Shown: positions 33,641 to 43,037 of the stretch, one piece after another
How positions within the stretch are numbered: the stretch's first letter is position 1
Layout: each line of letters starts with the position of its first letter
NCBI RefSeq assembly: GCF_049075655.1
Contig: NZ_CP157522.1
Span: forward strand, 1,598,949-1,662,948
From: Methanothermococcus sp. Ax23
GTDB lineage: Archaea > AGJL01 > Methanococci > Methanococcales > Methanococcaceae
Length of the DNA stretch: 64,000 nt
Reading direction: 5' to 3'
Translations under genes and position numbers: made by a program
The notes under the pieces: model-generated
Database searches by the model: none
What the model was told of the DNA's origin: nothing
What the model saw: the letters and a program-made list of their open reading frames with translations, nothing else

Positions 33641-35599
33641 CTACTGCAAACCACCCCTTACACTAACTGCAACACCATAGTTAAACTCCATGAGCTCCCT
33701 ACCATTTAATATAGTTGTTCCATATGCAAGGAGCTCATCATCTTCATTTACAACAAGCACCTCTTCATAAGGTCGGAGCTCCCTATCGCAGTCTATTACA
33801 AACTTTGCATATACGGATTTTCCATCCCTTGCAAACTCCTGAACTGACTTATCCACAACAACCCTGTAATTTGGGAATGGTATTTTTTTATGGAGAAGTT
33901 TTGCCCCTTCTTTTGCAGGTATAAGAAGGTTGTCATTCGCTCTCAGAGTGAATAAAACTTCCTTTTTACCGTCCATATTAATTAATACATTTCTTATTCT
34001 TCCCGTCTTTTTACTTCTCTTTACAATAATGTTTTTTAGGAGCTCATCATCAAGTATCTTAAAACCGTATTGATATTGAAGCATCCTATCTATTCTTAAA
34101 GAATCCTTACTTATTTTATCTTTATTTTGGTTGGAGTTATAATAACAGGTATAGTAGTTGTATGAATGTATATCCATTATTTTATCATCATACTGTCTTA
34201 CAAACTCTTCAACAAATTTTTTGTTATGTATTTTTTCATAGTCGTAGAGCTCAGGGATTTCATTTTGAGATAGTGGATATACAGTGTCGATATTCAACGG
34301 CACCAATCCGAATACATCATCTTTTATAAGAACATCCACATCGCTGTGCATATTATTTATATTTTCGCTGTATGGTCTGTTTATATCCTTTGATATTGAT
34401 GCTATGAATATTTTATCAAATTTTATCCTATTCAACCTTTTTTTATGCCTCAACACCTCAGGTCTGAACATGCTTTCGTATCCATTGTAGAAAAATGCGG
34501 ATTTTTTTGTGATTGGGTCAAATTTCTCAATAAAATCATTGTATTTTAATGCCGTTCTGTATGCTTCCAATAGTTTTGGATGGCATCTGCATCTTTCCTC
34601 TACGAGCTCCCATAGATTGCCATCTTTAATAGCGTTTTTAATCCGATTAATCTCTTCAAAAGTAATGTATAAGTTATGCTCTGCCAATAACCTTGTTCTA
34701 TCTTTTTTATTCATTATATAAAGTTCCTTTGGAGTGTATTCATTACAAACAGGGCATGAACATGGGAATTTATCCAAATCCTTTAAGTCCTCCAAATGAA
34801 GTGTTCCATCTTCTGTTAAATATCTGCCATCCTTTGCATATAGTGCATAAGCCGCACTATCGAACAAATCACATCCTAATACAACAGAAAGGGCAAACAT
34901 CATAGGATGACCGCATCCAAAGAGATGAACAGGTTTATTTGTTGGAAGGAACATTTTTGAATTTATTATTATATCTACAACAGTTTTGTAGTCGTAGTTT
35001 TCCATAAGTGGCACAACAGCACCGATTGGGTATATGTCAAAGTTCAATTTTCCCATATTTTCTGCACTTTTTCTTCTTAAATCCATATATGTGGAGCCCT
35101 GAACTGTGCCGTTTAAAAGTAATTTATAGTTGTTTTTTTCCTTCAATTCTATTGAGTCCTTTGCTCTTTTTATGGTTTCTTCCAATTCTTTTTCCGCCTG
35201 CTCTCTGCTCACATAAGGTGCCGTTGGAATATCCAATATTGTTCCAACATCCACACCTATTTTTTCCTGAAAGTCGATTATTTCCAATGGTTCAACATTT
35301 ACATCACCATAAACGCTAAGTTGGAATGAACCGCTGTCAGTAACTATAACTTTGTCAAATCCCACTAAATTATGAATACCTTTTTCTTCGGCAATTGTTT
35401 TTAACTCAGGATTTGAGTATGTAATATAGGAGTTTGTGATTATTACATCTGCGAGCTCTCTAATTTTATCTATTGAAACTGTTTGTTTCTTCGGGTTTGG
35501 ATGGACAACAGGCATTATTGTTGGTGTTTCAATTGTTTTTCCATTTATTTTCAATTTTCCTATCCTGCCCATGCCGTCTCTGTGTTTTATCTCAAACAT
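33641..35599 (-). CDS. tgtA: Archaeosine tRNA-guanine(15) transglycosylase
   Basis: TDSGSFQ, HLFGCG, FDSAAY, CSCPVC and C-terminal PUA domain. Confidence 0.95.
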   Translation of the reverse strand: MFEIKHRDGMGRIGKLKINGKTIETPTIMPVVHPNPKKQTVSIDKIRELADVIITNSYITYSNPELKTIAEEKGIHNLVGFDKVIVTDSGSFQLSVYGDVNVEPLEIIDFQEKIGVDVGTILDIPTAPYVSREQAEKELEETIKRAKDSIELKEKNNYKLLLNGTVQGSTYMDLRRKSAENMGKLNFDIYPIGAVVPLMENYDYKTVVDIIINSKMFLPTNKPVHLFGCGHPMMFALSVVLGCDLFDSAAYALYAKDGRYLTEDGTLHLEDLKDLDKFPCSCPVCNEYTPKELYIMNKKDRTRLLAEHNLYITFEEINRIKNAIKDGNLWELVEERCRCHPKLLEAYRTALKYNDFIEKFDPITKKSAFFYNGYESMFRPEVLRHKKRLNRIKFDKIFIASISKDINRPYSENINNMHSDVDVLIKDDVFGLVPLNIDTVYPLSQNEIPELYDYEKIHNKKFVEEFVRQYDDKIMDIHSYNYYTCYYNSNQNKDKISKDSLRIDRMLQYQYGFKILDDELLKNIIVKRSKKTGRIRNVLINMDGKKEVLFTLRANDNLLIPAKEGAKLLHKKIPFPNYRVVVDKSVQEFARDGKSVYAKFVIDCDRELRPYEEVLVVNEDDELLAYGTTILNGRELMEFNYGVAVSVRGGLQ

Positions 35600-35834
35600 A
35601 AATTCACCTTTTAGTTTTAACTTAACTTTAAATTAATTGAATTCAATATACTATAAAATAATAAGAGATATAAGCCATATTAAAATTTTTGTATAAAAAA
35701 GAAAAACTAAAAATATATTATAATATATAAAAACTAATAATTATTTTAAAATTAGTTCAAACTCCTCTAACTCTAATAATTACATTAAATACATATTATA
35801 TGCTACAATATAGAGCGAATTGTAAAAAACATTA

Positions 35835-36245
35835 TTATTCATAAAGGTGCTTTGTTCCCTCAGTGTTTGCTCCTCGTTCTATAAGCATTTTAACAATATC
35901 GGGTTGAGTATAATCCTCTGCCACCATGAGAACCGATAATCCAAAATCATCCTTTGCATTTACATCTGCACCATGTTCTATTAGTAATTTTGCTATTTTT
36001 GTATAGCTGAGCTCTATAACTGACATCAGTGGCGTCCTTCCTATCCGATTTCTTACATCCACATCTGCACCATTTTCTATTAACAGTTTAACAACATCAT
36101 AGTGATTTTGTAGTGCAGCCGCCATGAGTGGAGTTCCTCCAAACTTATTTTTGGCATTTACATCAGCTCCTTTTTTTAACAATTCCTTTACTCTCTCAAT
36201 GTCTCCACTTTCTGACGCCTCTATTAACTCCATGTCTAAACCCAT
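35835..36245 (-). CDS. Ankyrin repeat protein (about 4 repeats)
   Basis: Repeated GxTPLM..A and LLIENGADV(N/D) units; aggtga RBS. Confidence 0.92.
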   Translation of the reverse strand: MGLDMELIEASESGDIERVKELLKKGADVNAKNKFGGTPLMAAALQNHYDVVKLLIENGADVDVRNRIGRTPLMSVIELSYTKIAKLLIEHGADVNAKDDFGLSVLMVAEDYTQPDIVKMLIERGANTEGTKHLYE

Positions 36246-36268
36246 GATTTCACCTTAAATTTAGATTA

Positions 36269-36315
36269 GGAAATATAATTCCTATTTATATACTAATATA
36301 AGGAAATATATTTCC
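36269..36315. promoter_or_regulatory. Tandem NrpR operators (GGAA-N6-TTCC) at 36269-36282 and 36302-36315
   Basis: GGAA-ATATAA-TTCC and GGAA-ATATAT-TTCC, centres 33 bp apart, between a minus-strand BRE/TATA (tttatatg, 36346-36353) and the ankyrin gene RBS. Confidence 0.78.
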
Positions 36316-36497
36316 TGCATGATATTTACATATTTTTGATTATCACATATAAATGTTTTTATTTCTATAATCCGAATTAATAAATATATATAGTAAAATA
36401 CAGTATTTCACTAATGGCTTACTTCGTGAGCCATATCATAAAATAATAAATAGCTCCTAAAATACTACTACAATATTATAAAATGTGAGTTGATTTA

Positions 36498-36848
36498 ATG
36501 TATAAACAGGTAATAGTTATAAGGAATGATTTAAAAATGGGAAAAGGAAAAATGGCAGCTCAGGCATGTCATGCTTCAATCGAGGCATTCATCAGAGCTC
36601 AGAAAATATGTCCAAATGTTGTTAAGGAATGGTTAAAGGAAGGACAGAAGAAGGCGGTTGTGAAGGTAAATTCAGAAAGAGAGCTCCTTGAAGTGTTTAA
36701 GGATGCAAATATTGAAGGACTTCCATGCAGTTTGATAAGAGATGCTGGAAGAACACAGCTCGTCCCTGGGACCCATACCGCAGTTGCAGTAGGTCCAGAA
36801 AAAGAGGAAAAAGTTGAAAGAATAACAGGTAAATTAAAACTACTGTAA
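36498..36848 (+). CDS. pth2: Peptidyl-tRNA hydrolase Pth2
   Basis: [16 protein letters not shown] and DAGRTQ motifs. Confidence 0.95.
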   Translation: MYKQVIVIRNDLKMGKGKMAAQACHASIEAFIRAQKICPNVVKEWLKEGQKKAVVKVNSERELLEVFKDANIEGLPCSLIRDAGRTQLVPGTHTAVAVGPEKEEKVERITGKLKLL

Positions 36849-36875
36849 ATAACTGGCAAATTAAAACTATTGTAA
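36822..36875 (+). repeat. 27-bp tandem duplication of the pth2 3' end
   Basis: ATA ACA GGT AAA TTA AAA CTA CTG TAA followed directly by ATA ACT GGC AAA TTA AAA CTA TTG TAA. Confidence 0.9.
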
Positions 36876-36878
36876 TAA

Positions 36879-38405
36879 TTATATAATTTTTTCCAAATCA
36901 ATACTTCCCTCGATAATTTTTGCCAATTTATCCATGTTTTTTTCAAATGTATCGTTGTAATTATCGGTGGTTATTAAATTAAGACCTTTTTTCATCCTTG
37001 CTAAATTTACCAAATAGTTTCTGAATTCGTAATTATCGAGAATCCCGTGGAAATAAGTTCCCAATATGTAAGATTTACTATTTTGATTATTATCACTGTT
37101 TTTGTTATTATTTTTATTTTTTTTATTTTCTATCACTTTTATGGCTCCATCAAATCCATTTCCATCATTTCCAAATCCTTTTTTTAATTTTATAAGTGGT
37201 TTTTCAGATGATTTAGTGATACCTTCGTGGAGCTCATACCCGGAAACTTCAAATCTCACATCCTCAATTTCCAAAATACCTTCGGAGTTTTTTATGGATT
37301 TTTCATTTCCAAAGTGCGTTTCCATATCAAAAAGTCCAAGACCATCTATTGTTCCAACATCTCCCTCAGTATTATTCTCATCAATTAATTTTTTACCCAT
37401 TACCTGATATCCTCCGCAAATTCCAAGGACAATTCCCCCATTTTCTGCAAATTCTAGAATCTTCTTATCCATCCCATATTTATTTATTAAGTCCATTTCA
37501 ACAGTGGAACATCGTGTCCCTGGAAGAATAAGTATGTCTCCTGTAATATCATCCTTAAAATCTATAAATTTTACCAATGCATCTTTTGAAAGGGCATCAA
37601 CATCGGTAAAATTTGAAATTTTTGAAAACTTCAAAACATTTACTTCCACAGGACTTTTTATATCTCCAAAAACTCTTTTATTTTGAAGTGCTTGGCTATC
37701 TTCCTCAGGCAATACTAAACTTTCATCATAGGGAATAACTCCTAAAACAGGTATGTTTGTTAATTCCTCGATTTTTTCAAATCCGCTTTTTAAAACATCG
37801 GCGTTTCCCCTAAATTTGTTTATTACAAATCCCTTTATTAGTTTTCTCCATTTTTCAGGGAGTAACTCAACCGTTCCATATATGGATGCAAACACCCCTC
37901 CTCTATCTATATCAGAAACCAAAATAGCATTAGCATTGGATATTTCTGCAATTCTTAGATTTGCAATATCATCATCCAAAAGGTTTATTTCACAGCAACT
38001 TCCTGCCCCTTCCATTACGACATAATCATAATTTTTATCTAAATAATCAAGACTTTCCTTTATTTTATCTAAAAAATATTCTTTATTTTTTCGATATTCG
38101 TTATAATCCATATCTTTATAAGGTTCCCCATGAACGATTACCTGCGATATAAAGTTTCCCTTAGGCTTTAATAATATTGGATTAAAATGAATTGATGGTT
38201 CTGTTTTTGCCGCTAAACTCTGAGTATATTGTGCCACGGCGATTTCCCCGTCCTCTTTGGCAACTCTTGAATTTAAACTCATGTTTTGGGACTTAAAAGG
38301 TGCAACTTTGTATCCTTTATTTGCAAGAGCTCGACATATTCCAGAAACTAAAACCGTTTTTCCGCTGTTTGAAGAGGTTCCCACAACCATGATAAATTTT
38401 GCCAT
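36879..38405 (-). CDS. cobQ: Cobyric acid synthase
   Basis: [29 protein letters not shown] and GTYFHG motifs. Confidence 0.95.
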   Translation of the reverse strand: MAKFIMVVGTSSNSGKTVLVSGICRALANKGYKVAPFKSQNMSLNSRVAKEDGEIAVAQYTQSLAAKTEPSIHFNPILLKPKGNFISQVIVHGEPYKDMDYNEYRKNKEYFLDKIKESLDYLDKNYDYVVMEGAGSCCEINLLDDDIANLRIAEISNANAILVSDIDRGGVFASIYGTVELLPEKWRKLIKGFVINKFRGNADVLKSGFEKIEELTNIPVLGVIPYDESLVLPEEDSQALQNKRVFGDIKSPVEVNVLKFSKISNFTDVDALSKDALVKFIDFKDDITGDILILPGTRCSTVEMDLINKYGMDKKILEFAENGGIVLGICGGYQVMGKKLIDENNTEGDVGTIDGLGLFDMETHFGNEKSIKNSEGILEIEDVRFEVSGYELHEGITKSSEKPLIKLKKGFGNDGNGFDGAIKVIENKKNKNNNKNSDNNQNSKSYILGTYFHGILDNYEFRNYLVNLARMKKGLNLITTDNYNDTFEKNMDKLAKIIEGSIDLEKII

Positions 38406-38674
38406 TATTTCACCAAATAAAATCAATTTTAAATTTTCTAAATTTTCTATGATATTATACTTATTCTATGACTATTACATATTAAAATATTTCTTATTAT
38501 TAATTTTTTTAATATATTGTTTATATATTAAAAATTCTAATAAAAACGTTTATATGTATGAAGATTCTATTTTGAAGCATAAATTTTTAAATATTCTACA
38601 AATATGGGCTGAATTGAAAAAGTGTAATTAGAAAATCTAATAACAAAATACATATTAAAAATTTTGGTGATATA

Positions 38675-39796
38675 ATGGCAGATATCAAAGCTATGGATAA
38701 ATTAATGGAAAAATTTGCAGGTAGAAAGGAGGAGCTCTACAAACAGAAGGAAGAAGGAAAAAAAGTATTTGGATTATTCTGTTCCTTTGTGCCGATTGAG
38801 TTAGTTTTAGCATCAAACAGCATTCCTGTTGGATTATGTGGAGGTAAAGATTCAACAATTCCTGCTGCTGAGGAAGATTTGCCCAGAAATATATGCCCAT
38901 TGATAAAATCATCCTACGGATTCAAAAAAACAAAATCCTGCCCATACTTTGAAGCAGCAGATATTGTAATTGGTGAAACAACCTGCGATGCAAAGAAAAA
39001 AATGTTTGAATTACTTGAACAATTCGTTCCAATGCATGTAATGCAGCTCCCACACTTTAAAGATGAAAAATCATTTAAATTGTGGTTAAGTGAAGTGGAA
39101 GAATTCAAAGATCTTGTGGAAAAAACCACAGGAAATGAAATAACCGATGAGAAACTTAAAGAAGCCGTAGATAAAGTAAATAAGATGAGAGAGTTATTTT
39201 ATAAATTATATGAATTAAGAGCAAATGACCCTTCACCAATTAAAGGTTCTGATGCTTTAAAGTTATTCCAATTTGCTTATTTATTAGATATAAACGATAC
39301 GATAGAAGTATTGGAAGAATTAGTGGAAGAATTAAAAGAAAAAGTAAATGCCAATGAAGGATATGAAGGAAAAAGAATTTTGGTTTCAGGATGCCCTATG
39401 GTGGCAGGAAATACAAAAATTATAGATTTAATTGAAGAATGCGGAGGGATTGTTGTAGGGGAAGAGAGCTGCACAGGAACAAGACAGTTTGAAAATCTCG
39501 TTGAAGGATACACAGTAGAAGATTTAGCAAAGAGATATTTCAAAATACCTTGTGCGTTAGCATTTAAAAACGATGATAGAATTAAGAGAATTAAGGAATT
39601 AGTTAAAGAATTAAATATCGATGGTGTGGTTTATTATAGCCTTCAATACTGCCATACTTTTAATGTAGAGGGAGTTAGGGTTGAAGAAGAATTGAAAAAA
39701 GAAGGAATCCCAATTATTAGAATTGAAACAGATTATTCCGAAAGTGACAAAGAACAGTTAAAAACAAGATTGGAAGCATTTATTGAAATGATTTAA
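38675..39796 (+). CDS. 2-hydroxyacyl-CoA dehydratase subunit / double-cubane cluster protein family
   Basis: [38 protein letters not shown] and IETDYS motifs. Confidence 0.85.
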   Translation: MADIKAMDKLMEKFAGRKEELYKQKEEGKKVFGLFCSFVPIELVLASNSIPVGLCGGKDSTIPAAEEDLPRNICPLIKSSYGFKKTKSCPYFEAADIVIGETTCDAKKKMFELLEQFVPMHVMQLPHFKDEKSFKLWLSEVEEFKDLVEKTTGNEITDEKLKEAVDKVNKMRELFYKLYELRANDPSPIKGSDALKLFQFAYLLDINDTIEVLEELVEELKEKVNANEGYEGKRILVSGCPMVAGNTKIIDLIEECGGIVVGEESCTGTRQFENLVEGYTVEDLAKRYFKIPCALAFKNDDRIKRIKELVKELNIDGVVYYSLQYCHTFNVEGVRVEEELKKEGIPIIRIETDYSESDKEQLKTRLEAFIEMI

Positions 39797-39848
39797 TTAC
39801 TCTCTATTTTATTTTTTACCATAATCTTTATTTTTATAAGGTGATATC

Positions 39849-40688
39849 TTGAAAAAAACCATGGGCATATTTATGGGAATGTTAATCGTATGTTTCATAC
39901 TATTTTTAAGTGGTTGTGTGGGAACATCCGCTGACCAGAATACTGATAATACTAAAATAACAATAAGCATGGCTGGAGGAACTGCCCTAGTTCCAATTGC
40001 AAAGGAAACTGCCAAACAATTTATGGAAAATCACCCCAATGTTCAGATTGAAGTCTCAGGAGGGGGTTCAGGATTTGGAATTAAAGAATGCGGTGAAGGT
40101 AGGATAACAATTGGAATGGCTGGAAGAAATTTAAAATCCGAAGAGAAAGAAAAATATCCTGATTTAATTGTTTATAAAATTGGCGTTGACGGCGTAGCAA
40201 TTGTGGTTAATCCTTCAAATCCTATAAATGATTTATCAAAAGACCAGGTAAAAAAAATATTTTCAGGGGAAATTACTAACTGGAAGAATGTGGGTGGAAA
40301 TGACGCTCCAATAAACATATATACGAGAGATGAAATGAGTGGAACAAGAGATACATTTTGGAAACAGGCTCTTGATAAGGGAAATATTACTGATAAATCT
40401 GTTGTAGTTGCATCAAATGGGGAAATGAAAGCAAAAATTTCCGCAGATGAAAATGGAATCGGCTATATATCCATTGGGTATGTGGATGAATCTGTTAAAG
40501 CCATTAAATTGGATGGAATAGAACCTAACCAAGAAAATGTTAAAAAAGGCATCTATACAGTATATAGACCTTTGAATTTAATGACTAAGGGGGAACCAGA
40601 TGGACTTGTTAAAGAATATATTGATTATGTATTAAGCCCTAATGGTCAAAAAATCGTTAAAGACAAAGGATTTTTGCCAGTAAAATAA
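39849..40688 (+). CDS. pstS: Phosphate ABC transporter substrate-binding lipoprotein (PstS family)
   Basis: LSGC lipobox, SGGGSGFG and RDEMSGT motifs. Confidence 0.85.
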   Translation: MKKTMGIFMGMLIVCFILFLSGCVGTSADQNTDNTKITISMAGGTALVPIAKETAKQFMENHPNVQIEVSGGGSGFGIKECGEGRITIGMAGRNLKSEEKEKYPDLIVYKIGVDGVAIVVNPSNPINDLSKDQVKKIFSGEITNWKNVGGNDAPINIYTRDEMSGTRDTFWKQALDKGNITDKSVVVASNGEMKAKISADENGIGYISIGYVDESVKAIKLDGIEPNQENVKKGIYTVYRPLNLMTKGEPDGLVKEYIDYVLSPNGQKIVKDKGFLPVK

Positions 40689-40839
40689 ATTTTCTTTTTT
40701 ATATTTTATTTTATATATAATGTCCCAATTATATTATTTTATATATCGTAGCCATCTATTTTAAAATATATTATAACAAAAATTTATCATATTACGTATG
40801 AATTTTTTATTATTTTATTATATTATATAAGGTGAAACT

Positions 40840-41508
40840 GTGAAAATAGCTTCATTATATTCAGGTGGAAAAGACTCTGCCTATGCACTTTGGTGGGCGT
40901 TAAATCAAGGTTGGGATGTTAAATATATGGTTAATGTAGTTTCTAAAAATAAAGAGAGTTATATGTTTCATATTCCAAATGTGGAATTAACGGATTTAGT
41001 TTCTGAAAGTGTCGGAATTCCACTAATAAAGGTAATTACAAAAGGTGAAAAGGAAAAGGAAATATTGGATTTAAAAAAAGCATTGGAAAAGTTAGATATA
41101 GATGGTGTTGTTAGCGGAGCTCTGGCAAGTGAATATCAAAGAACTAGGATAGACCACATCTGTGAGGAGCTCGGGATAAAATCCTTTGCTCCACTATGGC
41201 ATAAAAATCAGGAGTTAATATTGAGGGATACTTCAAAATTCTTCGATTTCAGAATTGTCAGTGTGGCAGCTTATGGACTTGGTAAAGAATGGCTTGGAAA
41301 AAGAATAACTGATGAAAATATTGAAAAGCTACTTAAAATCATGGAAAAATACCGAATAAACAAAGCATTTGAAGGCGGGGAGGCTGAAACGTTTGTTTTT
41401 GATGCCCCATTTTTTAATAAAAAAATAAAAGTAGTAGATTATGAAATATTGTGGGATGGCGTAAGTGGATTTTATACTGTTAAAGATGCAAAATTAGTTG
41501 ATAAATAA
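40840..41508 (+). CDS. Diphthine-ammonia ligase family PP-loop ATPase
   Basis: YSGGKDS, SYMFH and EGGEAETFV motifs. Confidence 0.85.
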   Translation: MKIASLYSGGKDSAYALWWALNQGWDVKYMVNVVSKNKESYMFHIPNVELTDLVSESVGIPLIKVITKGEKEKEILDLKKALEKLDIDGVVSGALASEYQRTRIDHICEELGIKSFAPLWHKNQELILRDTSKFFDFRIVSVAAYGLGKEWLGKRITDENIEKLLKIMEKYRINKAFEGGEAETFVFDAPFFNKKIKVVDYEILWDGVSGFYTVKDAKLVDK

Positions 41509-41588
41509 TGACGAAATTTACAGAAATAAATAAATTTAGATTAAAAATATTATGCCCTAAAAAATAATGTGTTTGGAGAGCTCAAATA

Positions 41589-41643
41589 CATCCTTTAAAA
41601 AGGATGCTACCCAAAGTCCAAGTTCCACGAACTTGGAATCCAA
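41589..41643 (-). repeat. Double-hairpin element, degenerate copy D
   Basis: Minus strand: ttggatTCCAAGTTC-gtg-GAACTTGGA ctttgggtag CATCCTTT-tt-AAAGGATG; same layout and linker as copy A. Confidence 0.75.
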
Positions 41644-41706
41644 TACATGCAAATTAATGAATATTACTTTCTAAAATAAAAATGGTGGGCTCAGGGAGTT
41701 CCAAAC

Positions 41707-41767
41707 GCAACTTTTAAGAAAAGTTGCATCAAAAATCCAAAACTCGCTTTGCTCGTTTTGGAGCCTA
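41707..41767 (-). repeat. Double-hairpin element, copy C, flanked by a duplication of the tRNA-Val 3' end
   Basis: Minus strand: taggcTCCAAAAC-gagcaaagcga-GTTTTGGA tttttgat GCAACTTTTCTTAAAAGTTGC; 41671-41706 matches 41795-41830 at 32 of 36 positions, with weaker similarity extending to about 64 bp. Confidence 0.9.
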
Positions 41768-41806
41768 TATATGTAAATATATAAATATTATCTCCTAAAA
41801 TAAAAA

Positions 41807-41883
41807 TGGTGGGCTCGGGGAGATTCGAACTCCCGACCACCGCCGTGTCAGGGCGGCATCATAGCCAACTAGACTACGAGCCC
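41807..41883 (-). tRNA. tRNA-Val (GAC), CCA encoded, no intron
   Basis: GGGCTCG acceptor stem, CCGCC-CTGACAC-GGCGG anticodon arm, GTTCGAATC T-loop, ACCA end. Confidence 0.97.
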
Positions 41884-41915
41884 AATACAATCTATAACCA
41901 AATAACATAAATTAG

Positions 41916-41930
41916 TATATAAATTTTTCG
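41916..41930 (-). promoter_or_regulatory. BRE/TATA promoter of tRNA-Val
   Basis: Minus strand cgaaaaa-tttatata about 33 nt upstream of the tRNA 5' end. Confidence 0.7.
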
Positions 41931-41964
41931 GTTCATACTTGTAAAAATTTAAACATGTGATATT

Positions 41965-42474
41965 ATGAAGCACTTTAAAAGAATGACCTTGATATTATAC
42001 AACTCATACGATAAAAACAAATGGCACGAAGCACATAAAAGAGCAATAGCAAGAGCTGCACCAATATGTTATGCCTTTAATTGCAATTTGGCGATAATGA
42101 ACTTCCCATGTAAGAAGGAGGATATCCTATCAATAGAAACCACCATTGGAAACTCTGGCGGATATTTGAGAGAATTAATTGATAATAACCGATTTATTAT
42201 TACCGACAAATATCAGGCACAGTTTGGGACACCCATCATCACAACATCAAAACCTGATGAAAAAAAATTAATAACTCCAAAGGAAGTTGCCAACCACTTA
42301 CTTAAAAAACCTTGCGGAATTTTTGTTGGTCTTGGGAGACATGGGCTTCCAAAAAACATAATTAAACTTGGTGAATATCATTTGGATATAACTGAAAAAA
42401 GGATTTCATTAGAAACCTGCACTGCGATAGCCACAATACCTTCCGTAATAGCCACATATTTGAAATTTTTATAA
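41965..42474 (+). CDS. DUF531-family (SPOUT-like) protein
   Basis: LYNSYD, HKRAIARAAP, GLGRHGLP and SLETCTA motifs. Confidence 0.8.
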   Translation: MKHFKRMTLILYNSYDKNKWHEAHKRAIARAAPICYAFNCNLAIMNFPCKKEDILSIETTIGNSGGYLRELIDNNRFIITDKYQAQFGTPIITTSKPDEKKLITPKEVANHLLKKPCGIFVGLGRHGLPKNIIKLGEYHLDITEKRISLETCTAIATIPSVIATYLKFL

Positions 42475-42663
42475 TTGTTATGATTTTTATAACTTTTATA
42501 ACTTTTTTAGTTTTTAATAAGTGTATTAATTATTTTAGTTGATATTTATTTTTTTAAATTTGTAAATTTGTAATGATTGTTCATTATAATTAAATTTAAA
42601 AAGAAAATTATATATATAGGATAGTTTAAAGAATGGATTAAGCATTTTTAAGGAGGTAATCCT

Positions 42664-42972
42664 GTGGTTGCAATAGACGCTATTAGGAAAATAAAGCATG
42701 CAGAAAATGAAGCTGTTGAGCTAATAGAAAACGCCAAGAAAGAAGCAGAAAAGATAAAATTGAATGCCATAGAAGATGGTAAAAAAATAATATCCGAAGC
42801 TGAATCTGAAGCAGAAATGAAGGTTAAAGAATTAATATCAAAAAATGAAGAAGAAGCTAAAAAAGAAGCAGAAGAAATCGCTGCAATAGAAGAAAATAAA
42901 ATTTATGAAACTGTATCCGTTGCAAAGGTAAAAATATTATCCTTAAAATTAGAGGATGTAATAGAATTCTAA
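42664..42972 (+). CDS. atpH: A1AO ATP synthase subunit H
   Basis: Charged coiled-coil protein at the head of the ATP synthase operon. Confidence 0.85.
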   Translation: MVAIDAIRKIKHAENEAVELIENAKKEAEKIKLNAIEDGKKIISEAESEAEMKVKELISKNEEEAKKEAEEIAAIEENKIYETVSVAKVKILSLKLEDVIEF

Positions 42973-43037
42973 TGTAAATAAGAAAAATAGTGAATGGTAT
43001 GATTGCATTAGAAATATAACATTTGAAGGTGGTTTTG

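Noticed and set aside
36414-36434. Isolated hairpin atggcttac-ttc-gtgagccat (also gcttgc-ata-gcaagc near 60978)
   Set aside because: Single short stems with no flanking duplication or second copy; may be remnants but unsupported.
41540-41830. CRISPR array or prophage att site
   Set aside because: The repeats are diverged tRNA-end copies, the 'spacers' are related to each other, and no cas or integrase gene is nearby.
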